The notes: a model not told the origin generated them from the letters alone. Counted from the stretch's first letter, positions 1 to 10,116 are shown. The stretch: DNA of 64,000 bases from Endomicrobiaceae bacterium (GCA_963666965.1 OY762939.1:1235287-1299286), one strand, 5' to 3'. Translations and numbers: made by a program.

Positions 1-121
1 CGGATGAATTATATACTCCGCCTTTCAATTTGCCGTAAAATCAAAAAAAATATATAATCTTGCGATAGAAAAATCCTTCAATTGAGAAGTTTTATCTATA
101 AATAAAATCCAAAAAATTATT

Positions 122-1309
122 ATGAACAAACGAAATTCTGCTTACTTTATTTTTATTATGCTTGGCATGCTGACTGCTTTCGGGCCGTTTGTGACGGATA
201 TGTATTTGCCGAGTCTGCCTTCTATGACTGAGCATTTTGATACAAGTATTCCCATGGTTCAGCTCGGGCTTACGTTTTCAATGTTCGGTATGGCTTTCGG
301 ACAGCTTGTTTTCGGGCCTTTAAGCGACAAATACGGAAGAAGGCGTCCGCTGTTAACGGCAATGATTTTATTTTTAATATCGACGTTTGCATGTATTTTT
401 TCTCCAAGTATAGAAATTTTTGTTTTTTTAAGGCTGATTCAGGGTATAGCTGCGGCCGGCGGAATTGTTATTGCCCGTTCGATAGCCGCGGATAAATTTA
501 AAGGCAGAAATCTTGCAAAGGCTTTTTCAATAGTCGGAGCGATAAACGGAATGGCTCCGGTTGTTGCGCCTATTACAGGCGGCCTAGCTCTGGGAATTAC
601 AGGCTGGCAGGGTATTTTTGTAATACTGTTTTTCTGGGGCATTTTGCTTACGATCGTATCTTCAAACTTTAAAGAATCGCTTTCAAAAACAAGAAGAACA
701 AAAGAAAAACTTTCAAAATCGTTTAATTTATTCAGAAATGTTTTTAAAAATAAAATGTTTGTTTATTCGACTTTTCAAATGGCATTTACCATGGCGATTT
801 TATTTGCGTATATATCGGCGTCGCCTTTTATAATCCAGACGCATTACGGTTTTTCGCCTTTTGCATTCAGTTTGTTTTTTGCGGCAAATGCAACTGCCAT
901 AGGAGTGGGAGCAGCTATATCGTCAAGATTTAAAAATCAGGAATTTATATTGAAAATAAGCAATATCGGCATGATTATATGCAGTATTCTGCTTTTAATA
1001 TTTCTGGCGGATAATATGACGATCGTTTTTTTTGAAAGCGCTTTGTTCGCTTTGTGTTTTATGATGGGTATGACTTTTCCCGTCACTGTAGCATTTGCTC
1101 TTAATTCGGCAAGAAAACAGGCCGGTACGGCTTCCGCCGTGCTTGGAGCTTCTGGTTTTTTGTCGGGCAGTATTGTTTCTCCTATAGTAGGCATAGGAAA
1201 TATTTTAGTTACTGCCGGAATTATATTTACAGTAAGTTCAATTTCAGCTGCGTTGTTTGCGTTTTTAGCCGCGCAATACAGAAAAGAACATGTTGATGCG
1301 TCAAAATAG
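122..1309 (+). CDS. MFS transporter, Bcr/CflA-type drug:H+ antiporter-like
   Basis: 395-aa ORF that is hydrophobic throughout (about 12 TM). It has the MFS motif-A-like GPLSDKYGRRRPLL between TM2 and TM3. The antisense ORFs inside it are ignored. Confidence 0.8.
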   Translation: MNKRNSAYFIFIMLGMLTAFGPFVTDMYLPSLPSMTEHFDTSIPMVQLGLTFSMFGMAFGQLVFGPLSDKYGRRRPLLTAMILFLISTFACIFSPSIEIFVFLRLIQGIAAAGGIVIARSIAADKFKGRNLAKAFSIVGAINGMAPVVAPITGGLALGITGWQGIFVILFFWGILLTIVSSNFKESLSKTRRTKEKLSKSFNLFRNVFKNKMFVYSTFQMAFTMAILFAYISASPFIIQTHYGFSPFAFSLFFAANATAIGVGAAISSRFKNQEFILKISNIGMIICSILLLIFLADNMTIVFFESALFALCFMMGMTFPVTVAFALNSARKQAGTASAVLGASGFLSGSIVSPIVGIGNILVTAGIIFTVSSISAALFAFLAAQYRKEHVDASK

Positions 1310-1359
1310 TTGCCTTAAAATCTTGTTTAAACTACAATAACACAGTTGCAATATAAATT

Positions 1360-2022
1360 TTGGAGATAAAAGTGATAGAAACTTTCATTGATTTAATATT
1401 TCATTTTGATAATCATTTAAATTTTTTAGTTCAAAATTTCGGATTATGGACCTATCTGATTATTTTTTTAGTTATATTCGTTGAAACCGGCCTTGTAGTT
1501 ATGCCTTTTCTTCCGGGAGATTCTTTGTTATTTGCATTGGGCGCTCTTGCTTCCAAGGATATTCTTGATATATGGAGTCTTCTTATTCTATTATCAGTCG
1601 CAGCAATAATAGGAGACAGCGTAAATTATTTAATAGGTAAATATTTCAGCCATAAAATTTTGGGAAGCAAAATGCTGGGAAGATTTGTCAAAAAAGAATA
1701 TCTTGAAAAAACTCATAATTTTTATGAAAAATACGGAGGAAAAACGATAATCATCGCAAGATTTATCCCAATTATAAGAACGTTTGCTCCTTTTGTTGCC
1801 GGCATCGGCAGTATGAATTATTCTAAGTTTATCGCATATAATATTTTAGGCGGTATTTTATGGGTGGTAACGATGGTTTCAGCCGGTTATTTTTTCGGCA
1901 ATATACCGTTTATAAAGAATAATTTTACAATTGTGGTTCTTGCAATTATTTTTATTTCGATACTTCCGGGAATTATAGCTTTTATACGTATTCAGGTTAA
2001 CAAATACGGACGTGCTGAATAA
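1360..2022 (+). CDS. DedA/SNARE-associated family membrane protein
   Basis: Characteristic DedA segment VETGLVVMPFLPGDSLLFALGALA and ...YGGKTIIIARFIPIIRTFAPFVAG. The track start is TTG; a GTG at 1372 is an alternative start. Confidence 0.8.
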   Translation: MEIKVIETFIDLIFHFDNHLNFLVQNFGLWTYLIIFLVIFVETGLVVMPFLPGDSLLFALGALASKDILDIWSLLILLSVAAIIGDSVNYLIGKYFSHKILGSKMLGRFVKKEYLEKTHNFYEKYGGKTIIIARFIPIIRTFAPFVAGIGSMNYSKFIAYNILGGILWVVTMVSAGYFFGNIPFIKNNFTIVVLAIIFISILPGIIAFIRIQVNKYGRAE

Positions 2023-2023
2023 A

Positions 2024-2716
2024 TCAAAATAGTTGCTTGCCGGCTTCCGAGTTTTTAATATCCGTTATTATGTAACAGCGCATGTACTGTTGTGAATCGT
2101 CAAAAACTATTTTTAATACTTCGATATTGTCCGACAGATACGGATTTCTTCCCGGACCTGTTATATAATCTATACTGTCTGTTTCAATGCCGTCGGGTGC
2201 GCCGAGAAGATTGATTATTTCATCTTTGTTTTTATCGGGTAGAATATTTTGAACAATATCTTTGAGCATATACTGTCTCAGTTTCGAATTATTTTTTTTA
2301 TTGTTTAATTTCCATTCATCCGCATTGAACGGTTTGTAATTTGAACCAGCAGGCAGATCGCTTAATATAACTTTATTGATAACAGCCGTTGCAGCAGTCA
2401 TTGTTATCAATAAAATGAAAGACAGAAAACCTGTCATAAATATTTTTTTTACTAAATATTTATTTTTTACAAACAGAGTTAAAAATCCGCCCGTAAATGT
2501 TGCCGCGGCCGATAAAACAATAAACAAAAAAAACAGAGGATAATAAAGAGGGTTTTCAGTTAGAGGAAAATAAAAAAAACAGCTTAAAAAACTTGGTATT
2601 GTAAAAAGAAAAAGAAATGATAAAATCAGTGCAATAAATCTCATTGGCATTATTTTAGTATATTTTTTTGAATATTCAAATAAGATAAAAAAGAGGCTGT
2701 TGACATTTTGATTCAA
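2024..2716 (-). CDS. hypothetical integral membrane protein
   Basis: 230-aa ORF with several N-terminal TM helices and a soluble C-terminal domain. No family recognised. The start is uncertain (Met23 or Met25 are possible). Confidence 0.4.
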   Translation of the reverse strand: MNQNVNSLFFILFEYSKKYTKIMPMRFIALILSFLFLFTIPSFLSCFFYFPLTENPLYYPLFFLFIVLSAAATFTGGFLTLFVKNKYLVKKIFMTGFLSFILLITMTAATAVINKVILSDLPAGSNYKPFNADEWKLNNKKNNSKLRQYMLKDIVQNILPDKNKDEIINLLGAPDGIETDSIDYITGPGRNPYLSDNIEVLKIVFDDSQQYMRCYIITDIKNSEAGKQLF

Positions 2717-2770
2717 AAGATGGAGAATACCTGAGTAAGCAAGAAATACTTATATTACAAGGAGAGAGAA

Positions 2771-3229
2771 ATGAAGAAGAATCTTGTTTTAGCTTTGTTG
2801 GCAGTGGCGGTTTGTTCATTAGCTGTTTATGCCGAAGACGTAAAAATAAAGACTGAGGCTCAAAATGCAGCAGCAAGCATCGAAAAAAAAGTTGATAATG
2901 CAAATGCTACAGCAGAAAGTGTAAGAAGCAAAGGTAAGGAAAAATCAAATGCAGAAATAAAAAAAGCTGAAGCAGAAGTAAAATCAGAAGCAAAAAAAGC
3001 CGAAGCTAAAGCAAAGTCAGAAGCAAAGAAAGCTGAAGCTAAAGCAAAAGCTGAAGCAAAAAAAGCGAAAGACAAAGTTAAGATAAAAACTGAAAAAATA
3101 AAACAACAAGTTGCTGTTCCTGCAGATAATTCAGTCGCTGTTTCAACAGTTGCAAGTCCTGTTGTTTTATCAACAACAGCGGTTGTAAATGAAATTGTTC
3201 TTTCAACGCATCCGTCTGTATTAAAATAA
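2771..3229 (+). CDS. secreted Lys/Ala/Glu-rich repeat protein
   Basis: Has an RBS (ggagag) and the signal peptide MKKNLVLALLAVAVCSLAVYA. The core is degenerate tandem repeats, KAEAEVKSEAKKAEAKAKSEAKKAEAKAKAEAKKAK, also visible as a DNA periodicity at about 2955-3070. Confidence 0.6.
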   Translation: MKKNLVLALLAVAVCSLAVYAEDVKIKTEAQNAAASIEKKVDNANATAESVRSKGKEKSNAEIKKAEAEVKSEAKKAEAKAKSEAKKAEAKAKAEAKKAKDKVKIKTEKIKQQVAVPADNSVAVSTVASPVVLSTTAVVNEIVLSTHPSVLK

Positions 3230-3244
3230 CCGTTTAAATAAAAA

Positions 3245-3278
3245 ACTCTGTCTTATGCAAAATTAGTTAAGACAGAGT
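3245..3278. terminator. bidirectional intrinsic terminator between convergent genes
   Basis: 11-bp stem actctgtctta/taagacagagt with a 12-nt loop, preceded by an A-run and followed by a T-run. Confidence 0.7.
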
Positions 3279-3293
3279 TTTTTTTATTTAAAA

Positions 3294-4358
3294 TTATTTT
3301 ACCGGAACTCTTCTTATCGGATGATGGGAACATCTGAATCCGCCGCCCATCTGAGACAGAGCATCAAAAGGGACTTTTATAACCGTAACACCTCTTTTTT
3401 TAAGCTCATTTTCAAGATAAGAATATCTTTCGTCAATAATTACTTTATTTTTTTTAAGAATAAAGATGTTTGCCGCCAGATTATTTGCATCTTCAACAGG
3501 AACTTCAATGAAGTCCCATTTTTTCAGAGAATCGGGAAGTTCTCCGGTAAAAGCTTCTTTTACTATGATGCCGAGCCCCGGCCTTATAAGCGACATTACG
3601 CAGTCAAGATGCTGAAAATTTTTTATATTTATCTGATGAACTTTATAAGAAGGACCGAGATATCGCTGCAGCCAATTGATCCCTTCAACGCTTGTAGCGT
3701 TTCCTGAAAAACCGACATAGATTTCCTTGCCGTTTAACAAAACATCTCCGCCTTCAATATAAATTTCTTCATTTTTAAAACTTGGTGAGACCGAAGGTGT
3801 TGCTATATATTGAATATTTTTATCGTTTTCAAGAAAAGGTTTGAAAATTTTTCTTATTATAAATTTTTCTCTTGCTCTCATCGGAATTTTTAAAGATGTT
3901 TCGATAACTTTATCGCCTATTACCAAAACAGGATCTCTGGGATAAAGGAAGTTAAATCCTTTTTCAAGATTTTGCATGTAATCAAGTTCTTCTTTTGAAA
4001 GCATATCAGGATCAAGTCTGTGTACGGCAACTCCGTTTTCTTTAAGCACTTTTTCAAGATTATTAGATTGAAATACGAGTTTATCATAAAAGGCTTTATC
4101 TGCGGTTTCTATCGGAGTTCCTCCGTAGTCTTCCATCCATTTTTTATTGTCTTTAGAATAATTAAAACCAAACTCCACAGTAGGATAATAACCGGGAACG
4201 GTCAACATTTTTGGAGAACCTAAAATAACTTCTTCTAATTTATCCCATTCATATGCGACATAGACATTGCTTTTTTTATTTGCCTGTGCGCAAACGGCAA
4301 CAGTTGTTAAAATCGTAATTAAACCCAAAACAAGAAACATAACGGCAGTATCTTTCAT
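3294..4358 (-). CDS. exported amidinotransferase-fold (GME superfamily) enzyme
   Basis: The C-terminal GGGFRCSHHPIRR closely resembles the catalytic-Cys motif GGGFHCWTCDVRR of glycine/inosamine amidinotransferases. The N-terminus, MKDTAVMFLVLGLITILTTVAVCAQA, looks like a signal or lipoprotein peptide. Confidence 0.6.
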   Translation of the reverse strand: MKDTAVMFLVLGLITILTTVAVCAQANKKSNVYVAYEWDKLEEVILGSPKMLTVPGYYPTVEFGFNYSKDNKKWMEDYGGTPIETADKAFYDKLVFQSNNLEKVLKENGVAVHRLDPDMLSKEELDYMQNLEKGFNFLYPRDPVLVIGDKVIETSLKIPMRAREKFIIRKIFKPFLENDKNIQYIATPSVSPSFKNEEIYIEGGDVLLNGKEIYVGFSGNATSVEGINWLQRYLGPSYKVHQINIKNFQHLDCVMSLIRPGLGIIVKEAFTGELPDSLKKWDFIEVPVEDANNLAANIFILKKNKVIIDERYSYLENELKKRGVTVIKVPFDALSQMGGGFRCSHHPIRRVPVK

Positions 4359-4380
4359 CTATAGCCTCCAAATTCGCTTA

Positions 4381-4485
4381 TTTTTTTTGATCATAAATTT
4401 ATTATATTATAATACATCGTGTAAAATTTACAATGTTTAAATTAATTTAACTGCTCTTTTTTATCATAAAATAAAATGATAAAAT
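4381..4485. repeat. direct repeat copy 1 (flanks the radical SAM cassette); contains the inverted repeat TTATCAT-N8-ATGATAA
   Basis: The core 4431-4485 matches 11201-11255 at 50 of 55 positions with no gaps. Weaker similarity extends back to 4381. The internal palindrome lies at 4461-4482. Confidence 0.75.
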
Positions 4486-4572
4486 AGCTGGTAAACGGAA
4501 TAAGTCTTTTTAGTTTTTTTAACTTAAATATATATTTATTTGTGTGTCTGTAAAATTTAAAAGGATTTTTGA

Positions 4573-6177
4573 ATGACTGGTTCAAATAATTACATAGCTG
4601 AAGCAGAAATATGTTTTAACAACAAAGATTATTCAAATGCAAGAATAAATCTTCATAGAGTGTTGGCGGCGAATTTAAATGATGATCACTCAAGATATCT
4701 GTTGGCCGAATGTGCCGCAAAACTGTTTTTGCACAGAGAAGCGATATTTAATTTTAAAAAATTAATAGATAAAAACTACGGTATATTACACAGCCACTGG
4801 CTTTCGCTTTATAATATATATAACGACTTATGCAATTTTTCACAGGCCGTATACTCTCTTAATGAATCTAAAAAAAACGGACTTAGCGATGATATGTACG
4901 AAAAATATATATTTGAAATTTGCTACAAGGCAATAAGATATGTTCATGAATATAATTTAAGCAGAGATTATACAAAAGCATCCGAGATCTCTTCCGAAAT
5001 GATTAAAGTTTTGCCTCAAAAGTATAAAAAATACTGCAATGCGTTTTTATCCGAAAAGGAACTTGCCGATAAAAAAATTATTTTGGAATCAAAACCAAGA
5101 GTTATAACCGCAGTATTAACTACAAAATGCAATGTTAAATGTTTAATGTGCGATTTGCACAAGAAAAAACAATATGAACTGCCGGAGAAAACAAAAGACG
5201 AATTATTGAAAGCCATTCCGTATTTGGAAAGAATTGTGCTTTTGGGCGGAGAGATTTTTCTCTATTCTCATTTTGAAGAAATTATTGATGTGGCAATGAA
5301 ATATCCCGTTAATATCGACATTATAACCAACGGAACGCTTTTGACTCCGAATATTGTTGAAAAACTTGTTCAATGCAACGGAGATATTGCGATTTCTGTA
5401 GACGGCACAACAAAAGAAATTCATGAACGTATAAGAAAAGGAATTGATTTTGACAAAGTAGTTGAAAATATAAAATTAATAAATGCTATGAGAAAAAAAT
5501 ACAATTCTAAAATAACATTAAAATTGTACGTTACTATAATGAAAAGCAACTATCGCCAATTGGAAGATTTTATTGAATTTGCACATGACTACAGTTTTGA
5601 TTTTATATTTATAAATTCGGTCAATTACAGAAATAGTGACGAAGATATTTTTTATACTAATTTTATTCCTGAAGCGATAGAATTTATATCTGATAAAAAA
5701 AGCATAGTTGCAGAAAAAGCAAAAAAATATAATATCACTTTAATGGAAACTCTGCCTGATAAGAGAATGTATTTGGAATGGTTAAGGCCTTTAATGGAAC
5801 AATATTTAAAAGAAGGCAAAAACACTGAAATCATAAAAAAATATTTGGAATATATAAACAAAGACAGCGATGCAACGGCGCGTCAAGAACAGCAAGACGG
5901 TTCGGTAAAAAAAGAAATTAATTGTTATGTCCCGTGGCGGAAATTATATCTGGATTTTGACGGTACTATCAGGCCTGACTGTTATTGTTGGAATCATTTC
6001 GGAGATAACAGGAATGTTATCGGCAATGTTATGGAAAATTCTATTGAAGAAATTTGGAATTCAGAAGCTATGCAGAATTACAGAAGAAAGATTTTGGAAT
6101 GCAATAATGATTCCATATGCAGTAATGAATGTTTGTGCGGCAAGGTGCCGGATCATAATTTAAGGAAAATATATTAA
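4573..6177 (+). CDS. TPR-like N-terminal domain + radical SAM + 7-Cys SPASM-like domain protein (paralog 1)
   Basis: RBS aagga. The motif ESKPRVITAVLTTKCNVKCLMC contains CX3CX2C (Cys codons at 5128, 5140, 5149). There is a GGEIFL SAM motif. The C-terminus is CYVPW...G..C-Y-C...CNNDSICSNECLC. Confidence 0.8.
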   Translation: MTGSNNYIAEAEICFNNKDYSNARINLHRVLAANLNDDHSRYLLAECAAKLFLHREAIFNFKKLIDKNYGILHSHWLSLYNIYNDLCNFSQAVYSLNESKKNGLSDDMYEKYIFEICYKAIRYVHEYNLSRDYTKASEISSEMIKVLPQKYKKYCNAFLSEKELADKKIILESKPRVITAVLTTKCNVKCLMCDLHKKKQYELPEKTKDELLKAIPYLERIVLLGGEIFLYSHFEEIIDVAMKYPVNIDIITNGTLLTPNIVEKLVQCNGDIAISVDGTTKEIHERIRKGIDFDKVVENIKLINAMRKKYNSKITLKLYVTIMKSNYRQLEDFIEFAHDYSFDFIFINSVNYRNSDEDIFYTNFIPEAIEFISDKKSIVAEKAKKYNITLMETLPDKRMYLEWLRPLMEQYLKEGKNTEIIKKYLEYINKDSDATARQEQQDGSVKKEINCYVPWRKLYLDFDGTIRPDCYCWNHFGDNRNVIGNVMENSIEEIWNSEAMQNYRRKILECNNDSICSNECLCGKVPDHNLRKIY

Positions 6178-8571
6178 GTGAATATTCAACTGAAATATGA
6201 AGCAGAATTAAACGACGGATTAGATTTTATAAGAAGGTCTATAGACGATTCGCAGTTTGCAGCCGCGATCAGAAAATCTTTGGATATGCTTAAAGTTTAT
6301 GTAGATAACGAAACTATACTTCTTGAGCTTGCAAAAGCTTATTTTTTTTCCGGCAATTACCAGCAGTCCAAAGATATATTTGGCAGTCTTTTAAAATCAC
6401 AAAACAAACATGCCTATGTTTTTCTGGCGATGATTGCAAAATCCGAAAACAACTTTACGGATGCCCAAAAATATCTTGAACAAGTAAATTCTTTGTTTCC
6501 GGAAGATACTGAAATAATAGTTAATTTAATCGATGTATATAAGCTTCTGGGAAAAACAGAAGAGGCTGAAAAAATTATTCATAATATCAATATACAATCG
6601 GTAATAGGCGAACCGAACATAAATCATATGTTGATTAGAACTTTCAGAATAATGAATCTGGTAAGTTCGGCAAATAAAATAGGCGAAGAAATATTGGCAA
6701 AAGATCCCGGCAACATCAGGGTCATTATAGAGCTTGCATATAATAATATCCATATAAAACGTTTTGAAAAAGCTGAATATTTATTGAAAAAAATAAACAC
6801 AGACAATATGGATGCATTATTTGCCTGGTCGGAATTATATAAAGCAAAAAATGATATCGGTAAATATAAAAAAATAACAAAGAAAATTTTAAGAAAAGAT
6901 AAATATCATATCGGGCTGGAGCTTTCTTTGGCCAATATGTATTCTCTCAATAAACAATATAAAAAATCGATCACAATATTAAAATATCTTATAAAAAAAT
7001 ATCCTCAGGAAAAACATACTATACAATCCATACTTTGCCAGCAGTACAGAGAAAGCGGCAACAAAAAAGAACTGCTCTCTTTAAGTATGCAAATTTTTGA
7101 AACGAACAATAATGATAAAGGTTTATTTTTGGAAATAATAGATATATGCATGCAGTCGGATAAATTTATTGAAGCTTTGAAAACCATATTTAATTTCAGA
7201 AATGACGATAATATCGAGCTTGAACAAATTAAAGATAGAGTATACGCAAAACTGCTTGAATATATTCATGATAAAAATATCAAAGGTTATAAAGTTGAAG
7301 TTTATATGCTTGCCGCTAAATGCTGCAAAATCATTCCCGTAAATGAAATAAAAATCAGAAATGCTTTGATGAATGAGAAAGAGATAACGGCAGACAGAAT
7401 CTTTCTTCATTCAAAACCCAGAAGAATGCAGGTGATACTTACAAATAAATGCAATCTTCAATGCATAATGTGCAATGTTCATGAAACAGAATGGTCTTTT
7501 TCGGAGCAAAAAGCAAAAGAGTTAAAAGAATTGATGCCTTATTTGGAGCATCTTGTCTGGCAGGGCGGAGAAGTTTTTTTGCATAAAGATTTTGGAGACT
7601 TGCTGGAAACAGCATTTAAAAATAAAGTAAATCAAACCATAATTACAAACGGTTTGTTGATTACCGATGAAATTGCCGAACGACTTGTTAAATACGGAGT
7701 TAAATTGGCAGTTTCAATAGATTATATTGAAAAAGAAGGATATGAAAAAATAAGAAGAAACGGCAGTTTTGAACAACTGGTTACTAATTTAAAAACATTA
7801 AATAAAATGCAAGACAGATATCGTAATAAAGATTTTGATATGAAAATGTCCGTTGTAGTAATGAAATCCAATTATGATAAACTGTATGACATATTGGAAT
7901 TTGCAAGAAAATATAAATTTAACAGCATAGAGTTAAATCCTATTCAATTGAGAACAGCCAATACTGAAGAACAAATGTTTTTCATAAATATTGACTATCC
8001 GAAAATCAGACATCTGAATATGTTAATTCCGGAATTAACGGAACAAGCCAGGAAATACGGTATAAAAATAATTTCGGCGATCCCTTCGGAAAGCGTTGCT
8101 GAAAATATGCTTCAGGAAACAAAACAATTTAATATAACAAAAGCTCAAATAAACGAATATATTGTCGGCGGCAAAAAAAATATTAATCCTCTGCTTGCAA
8201 ATAAAATTAAAATACCGAATCAAAAATATGTGCCGTTTAAAGAAGGTATAAATAAAACACTTTTGCTGCAGTTGTTTGTGAAGCAATTTTTGTATTTTAT
8301 CAGAAGTAAATTTTATAAAAAAACTCCGGGAAAATACTGTTTTGTCCCTTGGGAGTCCATGTTTGTGGATTTAAACGGATACATAATGCCGGGCTGTAAT
8401 TGTTTTTTATATTATTACGATACTATCAAAAATAATTCTATTTTGGATATTTGGAATTCAAAAAGTATGCAGATATACAGAGCAAATATAGTCAATAAAG
8501 AATATAAAAATATATGCACGCAGCAATGCATACACGGCACAATTACCGTTGACAAAAGGTTATATTTATAG
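6178..8571 (+). CDS. long TPR array (~400 aa) + radical SAM + 5-Cys twitch/SPASM-like domain protein (paralog 2)
   Basis: GTG start directly after the paralog 1 stop. Clear TPR-like repeats (e.g. LELAKAYFFSGNYQQSKDIFGSLLK). HSKPRRMQVILTNKCNLQCIMC has Cys codons at 7450, 7462, 7471. GGEVFL is present. The C-terminus is CFVPW...G....CNC...CTQQC. Confidence 0.8.
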   Translation: MNIQLKYEAELNDGLDFIRRSIDDSQFAAAIRKSLDMLKVYVDNETILLELAKAYFFSGNYQQSKDIFGSLLKSQNKHAYVFLAMIAKSENNFTDAQKYLEQVNSLFPEDTEIIVNLIDVYKLLGKTEEAEKIIHNINIQSVIGEPNINHMLIRTFRIMNLVSSANKIGEEILAKDPGNIRVIIELAYNNIHIKRFEKAEYLLKKINTDNMDALFAWSELYKAKNDIGKYKKITKKILRKDKYHIGLELSLANMYSLNKQYKKSITILKYLIKKYPQEKHTIQSILCQQYRESGNKKELLSLSMQIFETNNNDKGLFLEIIDICMQSDKFIEALKTIFNFRNDDNIELEQIKDRVYAKLLEYIHDKNIKGYKVEVYMLAAKCCKIIPVNEIKIRNALMNEKEITADRIFLHSKPRRMQVILTNKCNLQCIMCNVHETEWSFSEQKAKELKELMPYLEHLVWQGGEVFLHKDFGDLLETAFKNKVNQTIITNGLLITDEIAERLVKYGVKLAVSIDYIEKEGYEKIRRNGSFEQLVTNLKTLNKMQDRYRNKDFDMKMSVVVMKSNYDKLYDILEFARKYKFNSIELNPIQLRTANTEEQMFFINIDYPKIRHLNMLIPELTEQARKYGIKIISAIPSESVAENMLQETKQFNITKAQINEYIVGGKKNINPLLANKIKIPNQKYVPFKEGINKTLLLQLFVKQFLYFIRSKFYKKTPGKYCFVPWESMFVDLNGYIMPGCNCFLYYYDTIKNNSILDIWNSKSMQIYRANIVNKEYKNICTQQCIHGTITVDKRLYL

Positions 8572-10115
8572 TGGACAAATTAAAATCTTTTATTGATAAA
8601 AAACAATATTCGCAAGCGTATAAATTAATAACCGGTAATCCCGGTTTATTAGATGATAAAGATTTGCATAAATATATTTTTACCGTATATTGTCATAACA
8701 GGCACTTTGATAAAGCCAAAGAGTTTTTTTTTAATATCCTGCAAAAAGACGTTCAATCCGAATGTGAAATGATGAATCTGCTTGTGAAAATAGCCGCAGA
8801 TATGGAGTATGAGAATGAGATTTTAGAATTATATTTTTCAATATTGGCAGTTTCGTCCAAAGAATCCGGAATCCTTGAAATAGGCGACGCTTTTATTAAT
8901 TCTAAAAATTATGTTAAAGCAGCAGAATTCTATAAAAAAATTCTTAATATCCGTCCTGATAATATAATTGCTCTCAAACATGCAGCTCAACTTTCAAATT
9001 TTACCGGAGATTTTAAAACAACGCAAACAATCTTAAACGCATCAGTACTGAACAAACATAAAAATAACGAATTTTTATACAACATTCTCCTTAATGAATT
9101 AGAAATTGCCCAAGGGAAAGTATTTATTGAATCCAAGCCGAGGACACTGCTGGTTGCCGTAACCACAAAATGTAATATAAAATGCTTAATGTGCACAAGA
9201 GACAGGATTTGGGATATTCCTGAACATATAAAAAATGAAATTATATCAATGTTTAAATATTTAGAAGTCGTAGTCTGGCAGGGCGGGGAAGTTTTTTTGT
9301 ATAAATATTTTTTTGAGCTGCTGGCCCTTTCAAAATGTAACGCCCAACTAAGGCATATAATAATCACAAACGGGCTTTTTTTTACAGATAAATGGATAGA
9401 TCTGCTTCTGTCTATAAAAAATTTGGATTTGACCGTATCAGTAGACGGGACTACGAAAGAAGTTTATGAGAAAATAAGAGCCGGTGCAAATTTTGAAAGA
9501 TTAAACGATAATTTAAAAAGATTGGCAGATAAGAAAAAACAAACAGGAAATAATATGCTTCTCACACTCAGATGCGCTGTTATGAAAAGCAATCACACTC
9601 AAATTGTTGACTTTGTTAAATTTGCGATTAAATATGATTTTAAAATTGTCATATTGGCTCCCGTTCAAAATTTACACGATGAAGAAAATATTTGGAACGA
9701 TTTGGATGAGGGTATAAATAATTATATCGCGCAACAATACGAAATCGCCTCCGGTTTGGCTAAAGAACATAATATTGAACTTGTAAGCTGGCTGCCGTTA
9801 AAGAGAAAAACAACACATATTGATACAAACAACAATCATACTGTCCCCGTAGATGATAAAATAAACAACGGTTTATTATGTTTTAGACCCTGGAAACAAA
9901 TTACATTAAATGTTGACGGATTTATAATGCCGGAATGCTTATGTCAAAAACAAATATCAACAGTCGATAAAGTAACATCATTTGCCGACGTTTGGAATTC
10001 TGACATTATGATGGAATACAGAAAACATATATTGAATTTTGATTATTCATGGTGTAATAAAGATTGTATCGCAGGGGCTGTTTCGGAAGAACATTTGAAA
10101 TTTTTAAGCAGATAA
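8571..10115 (+). CDS. TPR + radical SAM + 5-Cys twitch/SPASM-like domain protein (paralog 3)
   Basis: GTG start overlapping the previous stop by 1 nt (TAGTG). TPR-like GDAFINSKNYVKAAEFYKKILNIRPDN. ESKPRTLLVAVTTKCNIKCLMC has Cys codons at 9171, 9183, 9192. GGEVFL is present. The C-terminus is CFRPW...G....CLC...CNKDC. Confidence 0.8.
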   Translation: MDKLKSFIDKKQYSQAYKLITGNPGLLDDKDLHKYIFTVYCHNRHFDKAKEFFFNILQKDVQSECEMMNLLVKIAADMEYENEILELYFSILAVSSKESGILEIGDAFINSKNYVKAAEFYKKILNIRPDNIIALKHAAQLSNFTGDFKTTQTILNASVLNKHKNNEFLYNILLNELEIAQGKVFIESKPRTLLVAVTTKCNIKCLMCTRDRIWDIPEHIKNEIISMFKYLEVVVWQGGEVFLYKYFFELLALSKCNAQLRHIIITNGLFFTDKWIDLLLSIKNLDLTVSVDGTTKEVYEKIRAGANFERLNDNLKRLADKKKQTGNNMLLTLRCAVMKSNHTQIVDFVKFAIKYDFKIVILAPVQNLHDEENIWNDLDEGINNYIAQQYEIASGLAKEHNIELVSWLPLKRKTTHIDTNNNHTVPVDDKINNGLLCFRPWKQITLNVDGFIMPECLCQKQISTVDKVTSFADVWNSDIMMEYRKHILNFDYSWCNKDCIAGAVSEEHLKFLSR

Positions 10116-10116
10116 A

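Noticed and set aside
2955-3070. Periodic DNA repeats that could be mistaken for a CRISPR-like or VNTR array.
   Set aside because: The period is short and degenerate, it lies in frame inside a signal-peptide-bearing ORF, and it encodes KAE-type amino-acid repeats. There is no repeat-spacer structure.
4433-4450. A conserved mini-ORF inside both repeat copies (ATG TTT AAA TTA ATT TAA = MFKLI in copy 1; MLKLI at 11203-11220). I considered it as a leader or precursor peptide for the rSAM enzymes.
   Set aside because: It has only 5 codons, no RBS, and no Cys or aromatic residues of the kind targeted by SPASM enzymes. Its conservation is explained by the DNA repeat itself. I keep it only as a remote possibility.
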